This document shows positions 56,514 to 64,000 of a stretch of 64,000 bases of DNA, piece after piece (positions within the stretch are counted from its first letter, which is position 1; each line of letters opens with the position of its first letter). A program made the translations under genes and the position numbers. Below the pieces are notes generated by a model, which was not told the DNA's origin, did no database searches, and worked only from the letters and a program-made list of their open reading frames with translations. The DNA is taken from contig NOWV01000279.1 in NCBI GenBank assembly GCA_003344405.1, forward strand, positions 1-64,000. Direction: 5' to 3'. The DNA is from Trichoplax sp. H2 (taxonomy: Eukaryota).

Positions 56514-59500
56514 ATGGAAAAAATGGATGTAGCCATTGACGAGAACGGGGATAACTCTGCGTAAGTCATGTTATGTTACTTTGAGAAAGGAATGAGTTGT
56601 AAAGATTTGACTACAGTAGTCTTCAACAGTAAATACAGCCAACGCAAAGCATGACTACACTAGACTACGATATGCTCGCCCATATGACATCCAGTAAGAG
56701 CATGAAGAATCAATAGTTTAACCAACTGTCAAAATGGCAAATACTACTAATACAGTCATCCAATGGCTATTTCTATCGGCGTAATACAACGTTGCAGAAT
56801 TCATTGAATGAGTGTATGCAGGATACAATCAACGTTAGGAGCACTTCCTTCTTCTCAACGCTGATGCAATGGTAGACGACGTTCTTGGTGACGTTGATCC
56901 AAAGGGAGACGAGTTGAGACCGGGTAGAATCAATCGCCGATCCTAGCAGCAAACGCATCGTACAAAATTCTCATCCATAATTGACATCTTCTAATAAGGT
57001 CGCTAACCAATACACTACTACCCGTTGATTTTGTTGCTGATGGAACACTTCAATCCAGTCTACTATAAACAAGCATTCTTTGCAATCCAGTCTTGGTTGA
57101 ATGCATTTCAACCAGATAGATCATTGGCTAGTTGCCACCTTCTCATCGACGTATCAAGTTTCCTGCCAACAACTCGACTCGACTCGACTGTAACTTGTAG
57201 AAATAGGACCACAATGAAGTAACATTTCCATAATGGTCAAGAATCATACAATAGATTGGGTTCTACCACGGTATAGCCAATGCTGTGTAATCACCCTATA
57301 AAATCCAAACAATTTTCTCATATTATCCCATTCTATTTCATCCAAATCAAAGTCTGAAACACAACGTAAAAATCTACGTATTGGATAGTCAATTCTTTCT
57401 CATACGACTTAGATCGTTCCTTTTAACTCAATCAATGTATTCAGCTTGCAATAGTTAACTTACTGTCAGGATAAAATGTCCTAATTCCTTTTAGAAGCTT
57501 CTACAAGCTAGGCAATTATAGCAATAATAATCAGAATCATAGACCACGTTAACTAGTGTTATACCTAGTGCAAAAAAGTGGCCTACAGCCAAATTTCCTA
57601 TTCAATAAATAAATGATATCACTCCAAATACCTAATAAAGCAATTTTTAATACCCCCATCAAGGATACTCAATTACCACTATCAATCATCGTTTGCGTAT
57701 CCAGCCTGCAGTCACATTCTTCCTACTTACAGTATACCATAAACACAAAATAAACTTTAGACATCAATAATAATACGTTTTCTACATTTATTCACACCTA
57801 GATTAATTGCATTTTATGCCCCTTCAAGTACGCATTAGTCATTTCAAGGAACTTACCGTTAGCAATATGCTTCATCTTTATAATATTATAATTGATAGTG
57901 TGGCATGATATTTATGAGAATCAACAGATAGGTGTTCATACCTGTACGTAACGAACTCATTATAACGATGAAACATCCACCCTCTCCTTAAAGATCATAC
58001 CGATTTTTACGTCTATTCAAATAGTGACACTAATGCAGTCTGACGATTTTACTCATAAAAGGTAGCAATAGTCAAATAAAGTACACCATCAATTATAATG
58101 GAAATTCTATCTCTTAATCATTTACTCTTGCATGCTTATCAATATATAGGCTAGCGGAAGAGAAAAAAACTCTAGGCAATGAAGCATATAAGAAAGGAGA
58201 CTACAAAGAAGCTTGCAAGTTTTATACGGAAGCTATAGGTAAAATTCTACATAATTTATTGAAATACTGATCCTTAATTTTATGTCCATTTCATAGAGGA
58301 TTTTACATCTATAGTCTCTTTACTGTAAAATACGACTAGCATTATTAAATTTAAGATTGATTAAAGAACTTTACTCACAACTCTTGCACGACTAGTCTAT
58401 CCATGATTATATATTTGGTGTTAAGACTAGGCAAAGCGATTGATTTCGTATACATTGTACCTTGCTATGATGCACTTTCGTTCTTGCTCATAAAAACTCA
58501 ACATTATCTAACAACTTTATGATATCTTTACTCAAAAGAGTTGAAGTCAAACAATCCCAACTACCTCTGCAACCGGGCTGCCGCTTTAATGATGTTAAAT
58601 CGTCACAATGAAGCTCTAAATGATGCAGTTAGAGCCATTCAATTTGATGATAATTACGTTAAGGTTAGCCTGCTATTGTAATTAATCGACAACTACTCTA
58701 CTGCCAAACTAATAAGGTTTGTTGCAAGTTAGTTGAAGCAATGATGCATATTGACCTCAAAGTAGAAAAGTGTCTTCAGATATTATTTGCTTGAAATTCT
58801 GTAAACATAAAGAACTTCTTAATGTATTATGAACAATATCAATCATGTATTAATATCGGTAATTTCGTTAGGCATGCTTGCTTGTATTACGATTTTCAAA
58901 GTCTGATCAATTACTGATCTAATACTAACATATAGAAATCATAATAGAATGATTCGCCATGCATTCTTTAAACTTCTACCGTCACCTAATACATGTACAT
59001 CTTTTTTGTCTTTTAGGGCCACTTACGTGTTGCTAAGTGCTATATGAATTTAGGAAAATTCGATTTGGCCCTACAATCCTTTGCGAAAGTAAGGTCATTA
59101 GATCCAGCCAATAAGCAAGTCAAACATGAGGTAAGTTAATGTCCGATTGTGCATAATTTCCAAACGACTTATAGCTAAGAATAATGCTCATAGTACAAGT
59201 AGTTAAAAAGCGATATTCTTTACGGCAATTCATCAAACATGGATGTATTTTAACGGCGAACCTTAACATTTGTTCTATGATTAACTATATTATTCATTCA
59301 TCGTTTAAGATTCAAAATGCCACATCACTCAAATTGTATTTCGAAAACGCTACAAAGCATATGGATAAAGAAGACTATCGACAGGTTTTGAATTTTAGTA
59401 ATGTATTGCTACGGTTGATATTTCTCACTCCGTAAATTGATATTAATATGTTATGATCTAATTTATGTTATGTTAATTAAGTCCTCGAAATAGCTTAAGC

Positions 59501-61493
59501 TAATAGGACGAAACATTAAAATCTAAAAGCCTCTTGTTATAACCAATATATTCGAATATAGGTCATATATTGGATCGATAAAGCGCTACAGATTTCACCC
59601 AGCTGCTTACAATTTAAATTTTTAAAAGTCGAAGCTTTGATTAAACGCGGGATCTTTAGCGAAGCCAGCTCTATTGTCAAGTCAGCATGAACTATTACAA
59701 TGTCGATTTTATTAACAGCCATTGTTGAAATATGCATGAATATTTTTCTATATCAATTTTCTTTTTTTGCAATATTCAGTGACGTACTACGAATGAATGA
59801 TATGAATGCAGATGCATTGTATCTTCGTGGACTATGTCTTTACTATCAAGATTATGCAGAAAAAGCGAAGAACCATTTTATGCGCGTACTTAAAGCAGAT
59901 CCAGATCATAAGCGATCTAAGGACTCGCTGAAGGTATACCCTTCTACACAATAGCCATGACTACGTTAGTAATAATAAGTCCTACTTTGCATTTTCTGTT
60001 ATTTATTTATTTGCGAATAATAATTCATCTAGTTAATAAAAAGATTAATCAGTGCGAAGGAAGCTGGTAATGAAGCCTTTAAGAAAGGCAAGTATGAGGA
60101 AGCGTACAACAGCTACACGCAAGCATTAGAAATTGACCCTTATAACAAGTATATAAATTCGAAATTATACTGTAACAGGGCCACCACACATGCTAAGGTA
60201 TATAATATTGACACAAAATTTATTTCTAATCTTTAACTAAAATTCGAATTTTTAGTAACATTTTTGTAACTACCTGCATGTATGATTTCATTAGCTCAAT
60301 AGAGCAGAAGCAGCAATAGCCGATTGTTCGGAAGCAATCAAATTGGACGATAGCTATGTCAAAGCATACTTACGCAGGGCTAAATGGTATGACGAATGAT
60401 TACTTCATATTTTACCGCTATTTCGAATGGGTACATTTTACGATACGGATAACACTCTTTTTCTTCAGTTATATGGATACTGAACAATACGAAGAAGCGG
60501 TTAGAGATTATGAAAAGGTACTCCAACTAGATACGTCTCAAGGTAAGTTAGGAAATGTAAGGACAACTACCTTAATACTTCGGATTGTAATGCTCGCTAT
60601 TAGAAAATTGCAAGTTGTACCCTATTCCAAATAATTAAGCCTATGGAATGTATATTTAATCTAATTACAGAACACAAGAGATTGGTAAAAGATGCGAAAT
60701 TAGAATTAAAGAAATCTAAGAGAAAAAACTATTATAAAATTCTTAATGTATCTAAAAATGCTACCGATGACGAAATTAAGAAAGCTTATCGTAAAGAGGC
60801 ATTAAAGCATCATCCAGGTACTACCTGACAGTTTTATCTGCCTCGATGGTATCTCAATTTAAGCTATTGTAGTTAACAATTTTTTCTTCTAAATCTAAAG
60901 ATCGTCATGCTAGTGCTACTGAAGAGGAGAGGAAAAAAGAAGAACTATTATTTAAAGAGGTCAAAAAGATGAATTTAGATTAGTGGTTTTGACGTTATTA
61001 ATATACTAACTGTGGTCGATTTATATTCAACAAGTAGGTAGGAGAAGCATATGCAGTTTTATCCGATAAACAGAAGCGCCATCGCTATGACTCAGGTCAA
61101 GACTTGGAAGATAGTTCATTTGGAGGTTTGTACTTTAATGATCGAAATACTAAAGCTACATTGAAAGACATGTATTGTCATTCAAATCGTTGATTCATAA
61201 TTAACTCTTTAAAATTTTACAGCCGATATTAATCCTAATGACATTTTTCAAATGTTCTTTGGTGGCGGTGGTGGTGGTAATCCCTTTGGTGGAGGATCTC
61301 GATTTCGTAATAGTGGGGGTCATGATGATGGTACTTATTTATGATAACATAGTATTACAGCCAACAATTATTATGATTTATTATTAACTTTTATTCAGTT
61401 TTAACTCAATTGATACAATTTACTATGACGCTGACACTTTTTTACTTTTTCATTTTACTAGGATATCCTGGCTTTACGTTTACTTTTGGTTAA
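56514..61493 (+). CDS. DNAJC7: DnaJ homolog subfamily C member 7 (TPR repeats + J domain), 15 exons
   Basis: Exons ~56514-56560, 58150-58238, 58539-58663, 59017-59130, 59310-59384, 59562-59680, 59780-59933, 60033-60197, 60294-60387, 60469-60542, 60672-60817, 60901-60959, 61038-61126, 61223-61330, 61462-61493. TPRs ([44 protein letters not shown]), [33 protein letters not shown], and a G/F-rich tail ending GFTFTFG. Confidence 0.95.
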
Positions 61494-64000
61494 AATTATT
61501 CCTGTTCATTCTGTATTATTGAGTGCATTTATACTTTTATATTGATTATAATAATACTTGTTAAGTTAATGTAAATGCAATAAATATCTATGCGATTTGT
61601 TGGATTGCTCTTCCGTACTAAATGTATTGATATCGTTGAAGATAGTAAGTGAGGCTTTTAACCGTACGATAATTGCTAATCAGTTATCTCTTGAATTAGT
61701 AATTTTTGAATCATACTGATATTATCGATAGCAGTAAAGTAAAGCATTGTTTGAGATGTGAAGGAGGCGTTGATCACATTTGATTCACTGGTGTACCATA
61801 AGTATAGGCAACTACCAAAAGCCGAACAGGAACATCCTTCAATGTAAATGCACAATTTTTGGAAAAAAGTTTGACCGTAATTGATGTACAATTTGTATCC
61901 CTAAATACAATATCCAGCTATGGAAAGCTAGAAATAAACTGTATTTTAAACTATTTACCTTTTATTCTAATTGATTAAATGCTAAGTTTATGTCCCTACG
62001 ATACAATCGCATAGTACTTAAGTAGACGTGATCATATGCACCACCGTGCGCGTAGAAATTAATATTAGCAAGACGACCAGTAGAACTATCACGATTTACA
62101 TTTATGCATGTTTTGGTTACCCACGTTACGTCTATGTTCCGTGTGAATATTGATCATTTACATCATATCGTAATTCAAAACGATTCGAGATTATTGGGGC
62201 AATACGATAATATCTCAAGTACTTTTATCAAATATCAACAGTCTTTTAAACCTAATAACACAGTTCTAACTATTAGAAAAGCAGGGATAGAACTGGTAAC
62301 AGCATAATAATTATAATTAATCAATATAATAACCCACTTAAATATCTATCATACGCTGATTCATACATTTAAATAAAGTCCTGTACTCGATAAAGAAATG
62401 CTTATTAGAAGTTTTCCGTAAGAGATTATGATTAAATTTCATTGCTTAATTAAACAGTTTATTTCGACATCATATATAAATGAAATAGTTTGCTTAATCA
62501 AGTTATAAATGAATTTTCTCTTTAAGACAACACTACTGCCTGGCGATGACAACTAATTTACCATAATAATAAAAATAGTTGTTTAAAGGTTCATTAAATT
62601 TATCGCACATATCATTTAAGTATTAGTAACTCCGTCGTAGTTCATTTAACTGTCAAACTATTTGTTTCTTCACAGATACGTTAATATCTCAGAATGGTGA
62701 ATGTTGTCCGCATGAAAGGAAACTAAGAAAGGAAAGTAGCTATGTTATAGCTCTAAGCTAAAATATAACGTAGTACCTAAGATGATATTGTCAATGTCTC
62801 CTGTGATAATGATCAAGGTTTATTTCTTTACTCAATACGCCTGTACAGTTGAATTAGGGTTATTTCTTCATAAATTATATATCAGTCAAATTTATATTAG
62901 AAACCACAACTATTTACGATGAATCACTATACATAGTCTTGCATAATTTCACCCATGATCGATTGCCTCACGAATTACATAAAAAAAATCTTCAATTTTT
63001 AGAATTAGCTAGCAGTTATTGTTGTTAAAGCATGCCGCTATCGTACTGATTCTATCCCAGTATCTATAGTCGAGCTTTCTGAAGAGTGTACATTATACTC
63101 CACACGATTTCCAAATGCTGGTGTGTGACTAAATTAGTACGTAGGCAGTTTTATTCCTAGATTTGCTGCATATGCCCTATAAGTTACATGATCCTTTAAT
63201 TTATATGACATGATATGAACACGTTGCACACCATCAGTAAATTTCAAAACTCTTAAATTAATGACCCAATTACAAATAGATAGTTTTATTTTTTTTTTTT
63301 CAAGTGATTCTTAGACCTAATTATAATGAAATATGGCCACTTATATACTGTCCCATTTTATGCGGCATATAATAAATAATCAGAGAGATCGCCCACGTAC
63401 GATATTAATGGACATAAATCAAGCTGATAAAACAGAAATATTTGGCAAGCTCTGGTAAGCTGATTCAATAATAATCTATTTTCAGAGGTACTTTTTTGGT
63501 TTAGATTATTCGTCACAAATTGAAACGAGAAAACCTCAATCTTGCTTATTTTCGAAAATATTTTATTAGTAGCCAGGTAATGCATGTAAAAATTTGACAT
63601 TAAATTCGAAGAATAAAACACTTTTCAAGTTTAAACTATAGTTGTAGCCAGAAGAATAGGTAGTAGATGAGTAAAAAACGTACTCTACGCCGGACATCAA
63701 TGAAATCCTAACTATCGCTACATAAGCCTAGTATCAAAACTGTGCAGAAAATAGTTGCTCATTGAGTAAGTAAAGAGGAATATACCTGTGATAGCATTAA
63801 TTTTACTAATATAGTAAATGTTAAGCTATTCCTTTACTTAATATCAGCTAAATGCTAAAATTGCTACTAAGATATATAATAGCTCGGAATTATGCCACAT
63901 CAATTCTTTCTTTGGTTACGTTCTAACTTTGCAGGCAGTGGTTGCTTATTGATTGAATAGAGTAGAATTTACTTACTACGGCGTTGATTTTATAACGATA

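Larger units (their letters stand above)
53475..56607. repeat. Near-identical direct duplication (53475-55090 and 55111-56607) separated by a 20-N gap; probable uncollapsed haplotype overlap
   Basis: Copy 1 ends exactly at the gap (..TGTAAAGATT) and copy 2 starts exactly after it (CATTCAAAATCAC..). Differences are scattered SNPs and indels in internal repeats. Confidence 0.92.

Noticed and set aside
59131..59309. CCTTAAC in a DNAJC7 intron as a U12 branch site
   Set aside because: The donor is canonical U2 GTAAGT and the motif is ~40 nt from the acceptor.
61676..64000. Possible terminal exons of a minus-strand gene beyond DNAJC7
   Set aside because: An acceptor-like site exists near 61901, but I could not assemble a coherent or recognisable protein.

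Overview
AT-rich, intron-dense animal genomic DNA, not prokaryotic. The short GT-AG introns and metazoan gene set are consistent with an early-branching animal such as a placozoan (inference, not verified). I spliced seven multi-exon genes by hand: USP37-like deubiquitinase (+), UBE2E (+), TTC25/ODAD4 (+), RIT-type Ras GTPase (+), INTS3 (-), cyclin Y (-) and DNAJC7 (+). There is also one uninterrupted ~334-aa orphan ORF (23892-24896) whose motif order suggests an ADP-ribosyltransferase-like fold; it is the best candidate for something undescribed. Other notable items: a U12-type intron and an RFX+forkhead promoter module in TTC25, a TACAG/TACTG low-complexity tract recurring at gene starts, several tandem arrays, and a ~1.6-kb duplication around a 20-N gap that is probably an uncollapsed-haplotype assembly artefact. 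I found no CRISPR array, tRNA, rRNA or transposase.
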